From: Carcharhinus amblyrhynchos
Taxonomy: Eukaryota
Direction of reading: 5' to 3'
DNA length: 64,000 nt
Assembly: GCA_965287045.1 (NCBI GenBank)
Contig: OZ336897.1
Coordinates: 5,890,001 to 5,954,000 of the forward strand
In this document: positions 52,629 through 64,000 of the stretch, piece by piece
Layout of the letters: every line of letters begins with the position of its first letter
How positions within the stretch are numbered: position 1 is the first letter of the stretch
Translations under genes and position numbers: made by a program
The notes under the pieces: model-generated
What the model was told of the DNA's origin: nothing
The model's input: the letters and a program-made list of their open reading frames with translations, nothing else
The model's database searches: none

Positions 52629-53249
52629 GGTCAGGAGGTGAATGGAGTTCACAGGGCCTCTTCTTTTCTTATGCTAACGCCGAATACATGTACTAATGCT
52701 TACTGGCCTGGAAATATAAATGGCTCTGCCTAAAACCCTCCAATAATCCGCGCCGGTGTTTGTAAGGGAGGGGGCGGCGGGGGGGGTGGGGAGGTGGGGG
52801 TGGATACTGGTCTGTAGCTAATTGCTGGTCGCTTGCTTTCGCCTCTTGTAATGCCTGCCAGACTCCACTCTATCTCGTGGGCGCCGTTTTTGAGTTATGG
52901 ATATTCTCTGTAAACCTCAATCTTGACCGATTTTGACTTTGAGAAAGACAATTTCTTCCTGCGCCAGACACACAGCCTCGTCGCAGTTGCGAACTTGACA
53001 CAACACTTATTAAATGCCATAATAATTCATAGGGGTTACCAAACAATTAGGTGGCTTTATTTCCACAACCCTCCTCCCCCCACCTCCCCCCCCCCCCACC
53101 CAGATTTACCCGCCATTGTCCTGGTAGCTATCACAGACATCAATATTACAAACTCTTCATTCATAAGGGGGAAGAAACTGGCAAACCTCTCTGAAAAGGG
53201 CTAACTAAATATCAACGAATTAAAGATATACTGGTCGCTTCATCAGGAA

Positions 53250-53660
53250 GCTGCAAGACACGACTCCGTTCGCAGCCTTTTCAAAGTCCCATTCAATCGC
53301 GTTCATTAAAACAGTGGAGTTTAATTCAGCCTCATCGCTTTGAACCTATCAAAGGGTTTTTTTTTGCTTTGGGCTGAGGTTAAAAGATTGGTGACTGATA
53401 AATGGAAGATGTTGCTGTATAGAGCAAATTAGCAGAGAAATCATCGGGAGAGCGGGGGCCACTGTGATTTTAACAAATTAGATTAATGGCACAGTACAAT
53501 GGATTGAAAGGGGGTTCGAATGCAGCGGCCAAACCCATGTGAACGCCAGCTCTGCTATATGCAACACAATATTGTAGGATAGATTTTCAAAGGATTTCAT
53601 TATGAACTGCTCCCACAGCCTGCTGCTGATTCAAGGCTTGATCGGTGAGGAGGAATGCAG
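53250..53660. promoter_or_regulatory. Candidate conserved non-coding element/enhancer
   Basis: Unique block with ATCAAAG (TCF-like), AGATTAATGG and ACAATGG motifs; conservation not tested. Confidence 0.3.
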
Positions 53661-53744
53661 CGAAAATCAGTTCAGATTGTTCACTAAAATAACTTTTTCA
53701 CAGACATTTAACTCAAACAGCTCAAACTCATCGAGACAACTTTC

Positions 53745-56070
53745 CGCTCTCTCTCATACACTGACACATACCAACACTAACTTCATCACTTACTGCCTCA
53801 CACACACAATACTCACTCTCACACACACAACACTCACTCCATCACACACACAACACTCACTCTGTCACACACACAACACTCACTGAATCACACACACAAC
53901 ATTCATTCCCTCACACACACAACACTCACTCCATCACACACACAACACTCACTCCCTCACACACCAACACTCACTCCCTCTCACACACATCACTCACTTC
54001 CTCACACACACAACACTCACTCCCTCACACACACCAAATCTCATTCCCTCACACACACCAAATTTCACTCCCTCATACACACACAACATTCATTCCCTCA
54101 CACATACAACACTCATTTCCTCACACACACAACACTCACTCACTCACACACACAACACTCACTGCCTCACACACAGCACTAATTCCCTCACACACACACC
54201 AACACTCCCTCCCTCACACACAACAGTCACTGCCTTACACACACAACACTCACTCCCTCACACACATACCAACGCTTACTGCCTCACACACATCAACACT
54301 CAATCCCTCACACATCAACACTCACTCCCTCACACACACAAAACATTCACTCCCTCAAACAACACTCACTCCCTCACACACAGCACTAACTCCCTCACAC
54401 ACACACCAACACTCCTTCCCTCACATACACTGCCTCACACACACAACACTCAATCCCTCACACATCAACACTCACTCCCTCATACACCAACACTCACTCC
54501 CTCACAGACACTAAAACTTATTTCAGATTGTTCACTAAAATAACTTTTTCACAGATATTTAACTCAAACAGCTCAGACCCATCGAGACAACTCTTGGTCC
54601 CTCTCATACACTGATGCACACCAAAACTAACTCCATCACATATTCTTACTGCCGTTATACAACACTCACTCCCTTATACACACATGCACACATAACACTC
54701 TCACACACACCAACATTCATTCCCTCACACACGACACTCACTTCCTCACACACAACACTCACTTCCTCACACACAACACTCACTCCCTCACACACACAAC
54801 ACTCACTCCCTCACACACACAAAATTCACTCTCTCACACACAACACTCACTCCCTCACACATCAACACTCACTCCCTCACACATCAACACTCACTGCCTC
54901 ACCCACACGACACTCACTCCTTCACACACACCAAAACTCACACCCTCACACACACACAACACTCCCTCCCTCACATATACATGCTAACATTCTTTCTCTC
55001 ACACACTACCTCTCACTCCCTCACAGAGTATTCATTCCCTCAGACACACTGACACACACTAACATTCAATCGTTCACTCATGTCACACATTAACTCTCAG
55101 TCCCAAATACACGGACACACATTAACACCCAATCCCTCACACACACACTCTCAATCCTTCAGATACATACTTCCAATCCTTTAGCCAAACCGGCACACAT
55201 TTAACCTCAACCCCTCATACACAGCCACACACTATTTTTCCGTCTCACACACACACAGATACACACACTCACAACTTCCATTCCCTCACGCACACATACA
55301 CAGATGAACTCTCATTCACTCACACACACTGACACACTGTGTTACTCTCACACACAAACTCATTCCCTCACACAAGCAAATCTCAACCCCTCACATTCGC
55401 TGACATGCATAAACACTCAATCCCTCGCGCACACTCACTCCGCACACCGTCATTCTCACATCCTCACACAGACACACAAATCTCATTCCCTTACATTCAC
55501 TGACACAGTAAAAACTCAGTCCCTCTCACAGACTCTCATTCCCCCACACACTGAGACAGGCCTCCACACACTAACATTCACTTCTTCACGCATACTTAGA
55601 CATATTAACACTCATCCCTGCGCACAGTAACTCTCACCACCGCCCCCCCCCCCCCCCGCACACACACTGACACAGACAAACTCTCACTCCCGCACACACT
55701 AACCCTCTCCCTCACACATACACTGACACACACTAACCATCTCCCTCACACATACACTGATAAACACTAACTCTCCCTCCTTTAACACACTGACTTTCAG
55801 CCTTTCTCACACACTGCCACAAAAATGCTGGAAAATCTCAGCAGGTCTGACAGCATCTGTGGATAGAGAACAGAACTAATGTTTCAAGTCTGGATGACTC
55901 TCTTCATCAGTGCACTCACATACACACGCAGAGAACACACATTGGCTCTCACTGCCTCACACACACAGATAGGAACTTTCATTCTCTCACACATACTGGC
56001 ACACACTAACTCTCAGCCCCCATACACAGTGACACACACTAACTCTCAGCCCCCATACACACTGACAGTC
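53745..56070. repeat. CA-rich degenerate minisatellite (~21-23 bp, CACACACAACACTCACTCCCT)
   Basis: Direct inspection; source of the His/Thr/Leu-rich ORFs. Confidence 0.95.
55819..55912 (-). mobile_element. Penelope-like family B fragment with hammerhead-like core
   Basis: Minus strand CTGATGA-AGAGAGTCATCCAGACTT-GAAACATTA...CTGCTGAGATTTTCCAGCATTTT. Confidence 0.7.
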
Positions 56071-56339
56071 AGAAACTGCTTGTCCGCCGGAACGTACGGG
56101 GAACCTAAGATGATTACATTGGGAGAGGAGTGCAGCTGGAAGAATTGAAAATTAATTTACAGTGTTCGATGTTCAAGTGGTGAACTTTGACGAGGCTCAA
56201 ACTTTAGGAATTTAGAGAAGACAGAATTGCAACAAGGCCGGCAAAAAAAACCCTTGCATTTATATACACACTAGTAAATTCATGATGCGTGTAGCACAAG
56301 TTCCGCAACAGAGTGCAGCTATCTACAGGTGTGACGGTA

Positions 56340-56775
56340 GCTGACCCAACCAGTCCTAGCTGCCAATGTCCTCTGCTGAGGTCAGATTTCAGCCCATGGA
56401 TTTATTTGGTGTTTTAAGGGCTCCCTTTAACATGTATTTGTATAGAATTGAAGGGAGACTGGGATTATTGATTATGTCCCTTTGTTTTGTAAATATTTCC
56501 TTTTGAGGTTGCCTATCAGAGGGAAATTACTGCCATGCATTTAAACAAGTAACTAAACATCTCTTTAGGTTTTAAGCCATTATTGAGCCGAACGCTCCCA
56601 ACAGAAGGGCGAAATATGGCAAATTACACTTGCTTATCAGAGCTGTTATTAAGAGCTCTTGTGGCAATATGCTCTAGTTAAAAGGTAGCACAAAAGGGTC
56701 TGGAAACTGCATTTAGTATCTCAACCAGGCAAATGGAGAGCGTTTAACTCATTATCTCCTCTGTGTACAGGAAGC
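56340..56775. promoter_or_regulatory. Candidate conserved non-coding element/enhancer
   Basis: Long TE-free block with forkhead (TAAACA, GTAAATA), ATGGCAAAT, CTTATC and CTTTGT motifs; conservation not tested. Confidence 0.35.
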
Positions 56776-56975
56776 CCACTCCCACACACACACACACACA
56801 CACATTTATCAAACTTCAAAGAAAATGCCGCTGAAAAGTAGAATCCCTCTCCCGTCAACTACACGCGTCTTGTTCTTCTGATCTACACAATTTAAAAAAA
56901 GTCTTTAAACAACTTAGGCCTCTCAGACGCCTCATGTTGGTGGTGAGGAGGCTTTTGCAGGTCTGAATCTACTCC

Positions 56976-57108
56976 ATTCACCTGACGAAGGGACTAACCC
57001 CGAAAGCTTGTGCGTTTACTATCAAATAAATCGGTTGGATTAAAACCTGGTGTTGTCAGACTTTTTACTGTGTTTACGCCAGTCCAACGCCGGCATACCC
57101 ACATCATG
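56976..57108 (+). mobile_element. Penelope-like family A insertion with complete minimal hammerhead motif and 8-bp TSD
   Basis: CAC-CTGACGA-AGGGACTAACCCC-GAAA-GC-TT-GTG (56979-57012); TCTACTCC at 56968-56975 and 57109-57116; 57041-57106 identical to 20051-20116. Confidence 0.85.
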
Positions 57109-57813
57109 TCTACTCCTTCCTATCAGACCCTTGGCACTCCCAGTGTTCGGTTCAGAAACATACATCCTGTTTTTTCAAAGTCATTTAGTACACACCCATA
57201 AGTGTGTGTGCGGATGATACACCCGCACTTATTAAATGCTGAATGAGCTTATTTTATTGTGTCAGTCTCTCCCCCTGCATTCGATTGCAGTTATCTGTCC
57301 GCAGTCTGGTTGCGGAGTGATGAGTGGGTTGATTGAACATAATCTTCAGGACCTGAAGCTAACCTGAAATTGACAAATGGAAGCCCCGAAAATAAAGTGA
57401 GGGCAGGGCAGGGCGAACGGAAAAACTCCGTGTTAACACATGGCTTTGATTTGCAAGGCGACTGTGAGGCAAGAGCTGCAATTATACAGGGCTTTACCGC
57501 GTCACAAGTGGCCTTCATATGAATTACTTTGAAACGCCGTCACTGGCGTAGGCCGGGCAAATGCTGCAGTAATCAAGTTTCACAGATATAGCAGTGAGAT
57601 CAACACACAATTCATCTGCTTTCAACGCGGGCAATTGAGGCCGAGAAAGAATTCCCTGGAACTGCGTGGTGGAATCCTCAAATGCTTCCCTGTACTGGAT
57701 TCAATCTTTCAAACACTGCAGTAGTTAGCAGCACTGAAGTGGCCCCCACCCCCTCCTGCCCGGGCCAGGTCCTCGGACACTCACTATGAAAAGGAAGAAC
57801 ACTTCCTTAGACT

Positions 57814-58120
57814 TCAGAGCATTTTCTCGTCGGTGTGAACTTGTTGGTGGGACACCAGTTCCTGAGAGGTTTTAAAACATTTCCCACACTTCAGACTTTT
57901 AAACGGTCTCTCCATCAGTGTGGCCTCTCTTGGGTGTGAAATTAGGATGGATGAATTAACAAATCCTTTCCCACACTGGGAACAGGTGAATGGTTCCTGC
58001 CTCGTGTGAATTTGCTGGTGTGTTAGCAGGGTGGATTTTGAGAGTGAATCCCATCCCACACACCAAGCATGTGAATGGTCTCTCCCAAGAGTGAATTAGT
58101 TTGTGTTTGATAAGAGTGGA
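57814..58120 (-). pseudogene. C2H2 Kruppel-type zinc-finger array fragment (~3.5 fingers), disabled
   Basis: STLIKHKLIHSWERPFTCLVCGMGF, frameshift, then STLLTHQQIHTRQEPFTCSQCGKGF...ERPFKSLKCGKCFKTSQELVSHQQVHTDEK*; lost Cys/His ligands. Confidence 0.85.
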
Positions 58121-58417
58121 AAATAATAAAACTTAAATGAGTGAAGAATTTAGTGGGAATCAGGTCACATGGACAAGGAGAACCTCTCGAACCAGTTAAC
58201 ACAGTTGAATATGCAACATTTTTAGATCAATGTTCCTGTATAGTTTGCTTTACTGTGAAATAGTCTTGATTTTGCAGCACAAGAACAACTTATATTTACA
58301 TAGCACCTTTAACTCTTTAAAACCTTGGAATCACTGAACCTTTGCAGTGCAGAAGGACTCAATGCATTTCTTTCTGCTCTAACGCATCCTTTCCTAGGGT
58401 CTGAAAACTATGGAATT

Positions 58418-58592
58418 CCAAAGATGTGCAGGTTAGGTAGATTGGTTATGTTAATTTCATCCCAGTGTCATGGAGATTAGCAGAGTATATATGTGGGGTT
58501 ATTGGAATAGGGCAGGTGGGATTGTGGTTGGTCCAGACTTGATGGGCCAAATGGCCTCTTTCTGCACTGTAGGGTTCTATGATTCTATGAAT
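58418..58592 (+). mobile_element. HE1 3' half
   Basis: CCAAAGATGTGCAGGTTAGG...ATGGCCTCTTTCTGCACTGTAGGGTTCTATGATTCTATG. Confidence 0.85.
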
Positions 58593-58804
58593 TCATCTTT
58601 TTCCTCAGTCCCTCTTTCCTGCAATTTAGATGTTATTGAACCTAAAGCTTGGCATCAAACAACCCTCATGGTTGCTCAATATTATGCAAGCCAGTCAGAA
58701 TCAAACACAATTCATACTATTGTAAAACTGCTGGTGATAAACGTGTTTATTACAACGTGAGTTAACAGTGCCTTTGTTAGTGTGTGTGTATATGTATATT
58801 TAAA

Positions 58805-59110
58805 GAATCTTACAGTACAGAAGGAGGCCATTAGGCTCATCGAGTCTGTAATGGCCACAATCCCACCCACGCCTTATCCCCTTAAATTTACCCTAGCTAG
58901 TCCCCCTGACACTAAGAGGCAATTTAGCACGGCCAATCCACCTAACCCACACATCTTTAAACCGTGAGAGGAAACTGGAGCCCCTGGAGGAAACCCATGC
59001 AGACACAGGGAGAATGTGCAAACTCCACACACAGACAGTGATCCAAGGTGGGAATCGAACCCAGGTCCCTGGGGCTATGAGGCATCAGTGCTAATCACTG
59101 TGCCACCACA
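58805..59110 (-). mobile_element. HE1 SINE
   Basis: Complete reverse HE1 from tail to CAGTGCTAATCACTGTGCCACC. Confidence 0.9.
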
Positions 59111-59264
59111 TTGTCCACCTATCAGCTGTATTATGTTGAATTAATCTCCTGAGGTCACTCAGTCTTATGGCTCCCTTTTTGCAGATATAGATTAAGGATA
59201 TACTGCACATTGATTTTTTTTATCTCACCTGAATAATGGCCACTGTGTGCTGTTCTGATTATTA

Positions 59265-59432
59265 GCATAGAAACATAGAAACTGAAGCTGGAGAAGGCCA
59301 TTCGGCCCTTCAAGACTTTTCTGCCATTCGTTTTGATCATGGCTGATCATTAAATTCAATATCCTGCTCACCCCTTCCCCCATACCCCTTGATCTTTTTT
59401 GCCCCAAAAGCAATAGCAACATAGAAACTAGA
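59265..59432 (-). mobile_element. CR1/HER1 3' tail
   Basis: CATAGAAACATAGAAA, AGGCCATTCGGCCCTTCAAG, GATCATGGCTGATC. Confidence 0.8.
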
Positions 59433-59749
59433 ACCTACTCATATGATTTTGTGCGAATTTTGTGTTGTAATTTCCTGTGATACAAAATCTTACTTAAAAT
59501 GGTTGAAAGCTCCAAAAGTATTCTGCACTGGGATGTATTGTTAGCAGAGAATTCTCTCTCGTTAACAATTGTTTCAATGTACACAAATCATACCTTGAAA
59601 CTAAAATGATTCACGATGGTAAATTAGAGTCATCTTTGAGGGAGGAAAATGAAGATGTTATGATAGTTCTATTACGTATTATGGATCACTGGCAAGTTTG
59701 CCAGATTGGTTAGTTAACATCAGGACAAATGTATACCTTGGAGATTTCA

Positions 59750-59976
59750 TCCTTCTCTGTCTCTATCACCCACTCCAACCCCATAACTCTCTGATATACC
59801 TGCACTTGTATAATTCTGGACTCTTGAACATCCCTGATTTTAACTGCTCTTTGACCAAACCTTAGACCAGTTGCCATTTTGTAGCTGAGTGTCAAACTTT
59901 GCTTTATAACACACCTGTGAATCACCTGGGATGTTTAATTTCATTAAAGATGCCATATAAATACAAGTTGTTGTTA
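59750..59976 (+). mobile_element. L2-like 3' tail
   Basis: CTCTTTGACCAAACC...ATAACACACCTGTGAA...TAAATACAAGTTGTTGTT. Confidence 0.6.
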
Positions 59977-60530
59977 TCAAACTTGCCGGCCTTGAATTCT
60001 TACATTGCCTAATGACCAACAACACAAAAGAGCACAGAACAATATTAGGCCAGTCAGTCCCATCAAATTTACTCTTTCCAGGGACCATGTATTGTCCACC
60101 TGATCATGGATTTCACCTGCAGAAGAAAGTCTCAACATCAGAACTTCAATGTAACCTCATATCCTAAATTGAATGATTTCTCTTTCCAGGAATGACACTT
60201 CCATGGTCTCAACATTTTAAGAGCTGTTGTATTCCATACAACATTTGATTTGTCTGTATTTGTACTAGTTTATATACCCCTATTTTGTGGGTAAAATGTC
60301 CAAACACTAATATGTAAAAACCAACAAGTGAATCATAGTCCTTGAATACCATGTGCAATTATTTGCCACAAAGCCATTGTGTATTCAATGATACAGCTTA
60401 CTTTTTTTTACAGTAGTCTTGTAAGAATAAATTTTGAGAATGGCTGAATATAATTTACCTCTTTTGTTCTAGAGATGGTGTACATTGGCCATGAACCATT
60501 TGACCTAAAACTTACAGAAACAGTCCATTT

Positions 60531-61355
60531 TCAAATGTAACAAGATCTGGACAATATCCAGGCTTGGGCTGACACTGACAAATAACTTTCACACTACACA
60601 AATGCCAGGCAATGATCATCACCAATAAGAAACATTAACCACCGGCCCTTGGCATTCAATGGTGTTACCATCACTGAATCCCCCATTGTCAACTTCCTTG
60701 ACATTACCATTCACCAGAAACTCAACTGGACTCATCATATAAACACAATGGTTGCAAGAGCAGGTTAGAAGCTAGGAATACTGCAGTGAGTAACTCACCT
60801 CCTGATTCCTCAATCTACAAGACACAAGTCAGGAGAGAGGTGGAATACTCCCCACTTTCCTGAACGGGTGCTGCTCCAACAACACTCAAGAAGCTTGACA
60901 TCATCCAAGACAAAGCAGCCCGCTTGATTTGCACCACAGCCGCAAATATCCATTCCATCCACCACTGATGCTCAGTAGCAGCAGTGTGTACTATCTACAA
61001 GATGCACTGCAGCAATTTACCAAAGATCCTTAGGCAGCACCTTCCAAACCCATTGAACTCTTCCATCTAGAAGGATAAGGGCAGCAGATACATGGGAACA
61101 TCACCACTTGCAAGTTCCTCTCCAAACCACTCATGATCCTGACTTGGAAATATATTTGTCAGTGTCAGCCCAAGCTTGGATATTGTTCCTTCACAATCCT
61201 GGAATTCCCTCCCTAATGGCATTTGGATACTTCAATAACACATGGACTGCAGCAATTCAAGAAGGCAGCTTTACCTTCTCAAGGACACCTAGGGATGGGC
61301 AATAAATGCTGGCCAGCCAGTGATACCTATGTTCCACGAATGAATTTAAAAAAAA
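60531..61355 (+). mobile_element. CR1/L2-group LINE, RT C-terminus plus 3' UTR
   Basis: QDLDNIQAWAD...HKCQAM...FNGVTITESP...QKLNWT...ARAG..LGIL...EYSPL...TLKKLDIIQDKAARLI, with stops and frameshifts. Confidence 0.9.
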
Positions 61356-61884
61356 GATGGGTAAAAGGCCACATCTCAATGGCAATAATATAACTGATTT
61401 TTAAGAATAAACATTGTTCATAATGTTATATTTCACTAATACTAATCCTCTCAGGATTTTAAATGTCACCCCTCAACAATATTGTATTAGCACTTTTATT
61501 AAGCTATTCATGGACAGCAATATTTGTTGCATGTCCACATTTCAATTAAGAATCTCCATAAGTAAACTTATAAGTTCTTACAGAATAGAGAATGATCAGG
61601 AGAAAAATATTAGTTGTAGCATTTGAAGAACTATTTTCAACTGCTGTGATTTATTGTTTGTCTGCTCAATCATCCTTGTGTGGGAACAAGCTGTGTATCT
61701 GTTTACAACTGAATGAAAATAAATGTTCTCCCTGTATCACACTCATAATTCTGCGATTCTGACACATTGTAAAAGCTGAACTTCCACCTTTAAGCAGGAC
61801 AATGTTTAGGGAAAACTGAATGTATACCACCCCATAAGGCTTTGAAAGAAATTAAATTGCTTTCCTTTCCTTTCTTTCATGTCA

Positions 61885-62185
61885 GTTGCAGTTCAGTGAT
61901 AGAACTCCCAGCTCAAAGTCAGGAGGTTGTGGGTTCAAATTCCACTTCAGGGAAGCTGACAGAACCGAGGGAGTGCTGCAGTGCTGCGGGTGCAGCCTTT
62001 TGGCTGAAACTTTAACCTGAGATCTCAACTTTCCTCTCAGGTGAACTTATAAAATCCCATGACACTATATTCAAGAAGAGCAGGGAATTTCTCCTTTGTT
62101 CCTGGTCAATACTTATTCCCTTAACCAACATAACTAACACAAATTATCTGGCCATTATCACATTGCTGTTTTTTGGACCTTGCCA
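61885..62185 (+). mobile_element. SacSINE1-like Deu-SINE
   Basis: tRNA B-box GGGTTCAAATTCC; GAGGGAGTGCTGCA; ATCCCATGACACTAT...GAAGAGCAGGG; TTATCTGGCCATTATCACATTGCTGTT resemble the Deu-domain. Confidence 0.8.
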
Positions 62186-62357
62186 TTTGACAAGGTTCCA
62201 CATCAGAGGCTGATGCCTAAAGAAAAAGCCCATAAAATTTGAGAAAGTTTGTGAGCATGGATTGAAAACTGGCTGTCAGATAGAAAACAGAGAAATGGAT
62301 TAAATGGGTCCATTTCAGATTGGAAATATATGACCAGTGGAGTACTGCAGAGGTCAG
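62186..62357 (+). mobile_element. CR1 RT fragment
   Basis: FDKVPHQRL...WIENWLSDRKQR...TSGVLQ. Confidence 0.85.
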
Positions 62358-63403
62358 GGGGGCAATTCTCCCAGCTTGCTGCGCTGTTCTAGCAGTGCAA
62401 CAGGCCAGGAGACGTCAGCGCAGGCCATTTACAAGAATCCTCGCTGGTTGCTATGGTCTCCACTCACCTCTGGGGCCCGGAAATTAGCGCTGAGCTGGTT
62501 AAAGTATTAAAATGGGACTTAAGTCTCTGGGCTTGCTAGCCTCACCAACCCTCCCCCAACCCCCCACCAGGAGTGGTTCATTCCATCAGGGTTTACAGTA
62601 GTTCCCCATAAATGATGAGCTGGTGGCCTGACCCTGATGGAATGAAGGGGGGCCGTGGGTGCACTGGTTTAGTCCGACAGGCCTAAAGATGTGCTAGTTA
62701 GGTGTATTGGGGCCCCCCGTTAAAAAGGGTGCTCCAATCACCAACTTAAATGGAAGGTTCCCCTCTCCTGCCATCCAGAAAATCAGGATGTGGCCCAATT
62801 ATTGGGGCATCCTTTCCCCCAACTGCAAACATCAACTTCAGGGCATCCAACTCACCATCCCACCCCTCCCAAACTTGCAGGCATTGAATCTCTGCCCTAT
62901 CTCTCCCCACAGATGTCAGGGATCTCCCCTTTCTCTGCCCCTTGCAGGCATCAGGGATCTATCCCCCATCCATCATAAATCAATCCCCCAATGGGATTCC
63001 CAGATAGCTCACCAGATTGGCACTGCCAGAGTGCCAAGAGGCAGTGCCAGGTCACTGCCTGGCCACATCTCTCAATACCCATGGGCTATACTTACCACCT
63101 GGCCCCCAGCACTGTCATCACGGCTAGTTTTCACTTTTGAAAACCGGTAGTGATTTGAGCCAGTGTGATGTCACACCAACTGGCGGGGAGGGTAAGGCAT
63201 GGGAGGACGTTATGTCATCAAGGCCTATGAGTACACGTTAATTTATTAAAATGAATGGATATCAGATTCATGATCTTTCTGGGAGTAAACTTGATCACAT
63301 CACCTAGGATTGGGTGAGGAAGATCTCAAACCGTGATCTCACCAGCGCTATTCCTGTTGTAGCTCTCAGGGGAGATTTAGCAGCCATGGTGGGATTTGCG
63401 CCC
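62358..63403. mobile_element. Putative non-autonomous DNA transposon (~1.05 kb)
   Basis: GC-rich block with degenerate TIRs GGGGGCAATTCTC / GGGATTTGCGCCC and internal palindrome GGCACTGCC...GGCAGTGCC; no transposase ORF. Confidence 0.5.
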
Positions 63404-63404
63404 A

Positions 63405-63903
63405 TGACTAATGTGGCCAATATATCATGGCCACTATTCCAGATATCGTCTCATCAAAAGTCTGTACAACTGTTGCAAGACTTCCTTATTCTTTTTTTCC
63501 AATCCCTGACAATAAATGCCAACATGATATTTGCCTTCCTCATTGTTTGTTGTACCTGCTTGGTAACTTTATCCCTTGTATAAGAATGCCCAAGTATCTT
63601 TGAACATCAGCACTTATGTGTTTCATGTTTTAAAAAATTCTGATTTCTATTCCTATGACCAAAGTAAATAACTTCACACTGCCCTACATTATAACCCATC
63701 TACTGTCTTGTTGCCCAATCACTTAACCTGTCTATTTCTCTTTGTAGTCTATCTTTGTCTTCCTAACAGCTTACCTTTCCACCTAGCTCAGTATTATCAA
63801 CAAGATATATTACTCCCTGTTTCTTCATCAAAGTCATTAATTGTAAATAGTGGAGGCTCCAACACTAATCCTTGTGGCATGCCACTATTCACTGCCTGTC
63901 AAG
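63405..63903 (-). mobile_element. CR1 RT fragment
   Basis: Same region and orientation as part of 49-861 (SGMPQGLVL on the minus strand). Confidence 0.8.
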
Positions 63904-64000
63904 TAATATCCATGGCAGGAAGTAGTAGATGAAGCTAAGCAATTCCACAATCATCAGATCAGATCTAAGCTCTGCCACACTCAGTCAGGAATAGTGGTGG

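Noticed and set aside
54614-55630. His/Thr-rich ORFs of 159 and 108 aa
   Set aside because: Translation of CA-rich minisatellite
61885-61950. tRNA-like A/B boxes here and in HE1 heads as tRNA genes
   Set aside because: No cloverleaf; they run directly into SINE bodies

Overview
Eukaryotic, repeat-rich vertebrate DNA, most likely from a shark or other elasmobranch (inferred from HE1-type V-SINEs, HER1/CR1 LINE tails and SacSINE1-like Deu-SINEs). I find no intact cellular protein-coding exon. The only protein homologies are LINE reverse-transcriptase remnants and a frameshifted C2H2 zinc-finger fragment (57.8-58.1 kb, minus strand). About 8.6-57.8 kb is AT-rich but CpG-retaining and contains enhancer-like unique blocks, a promoter-like segment and an RE1/NRSE match. 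This suggests the regulatory domain or long intron of a developmental or neural gene that I cannot name. Highlights: short Penelope-like insertions with minimal hammerhead motifs and target-site duplications (one a perfect 74-bp hairpin), an HE1 SINE carrying ~156 bp copied from nearby unique DNA, a 33-nt U2 snRNA 5' fragment, a 39-bp minisatellite with a 269-bp higher-order period, and a four-level nested TE stack. Repeat family names come from recalled consensus sequences, not a search, and TE boundaries are approximate. I found no clear evidence of a wholly new biological system.
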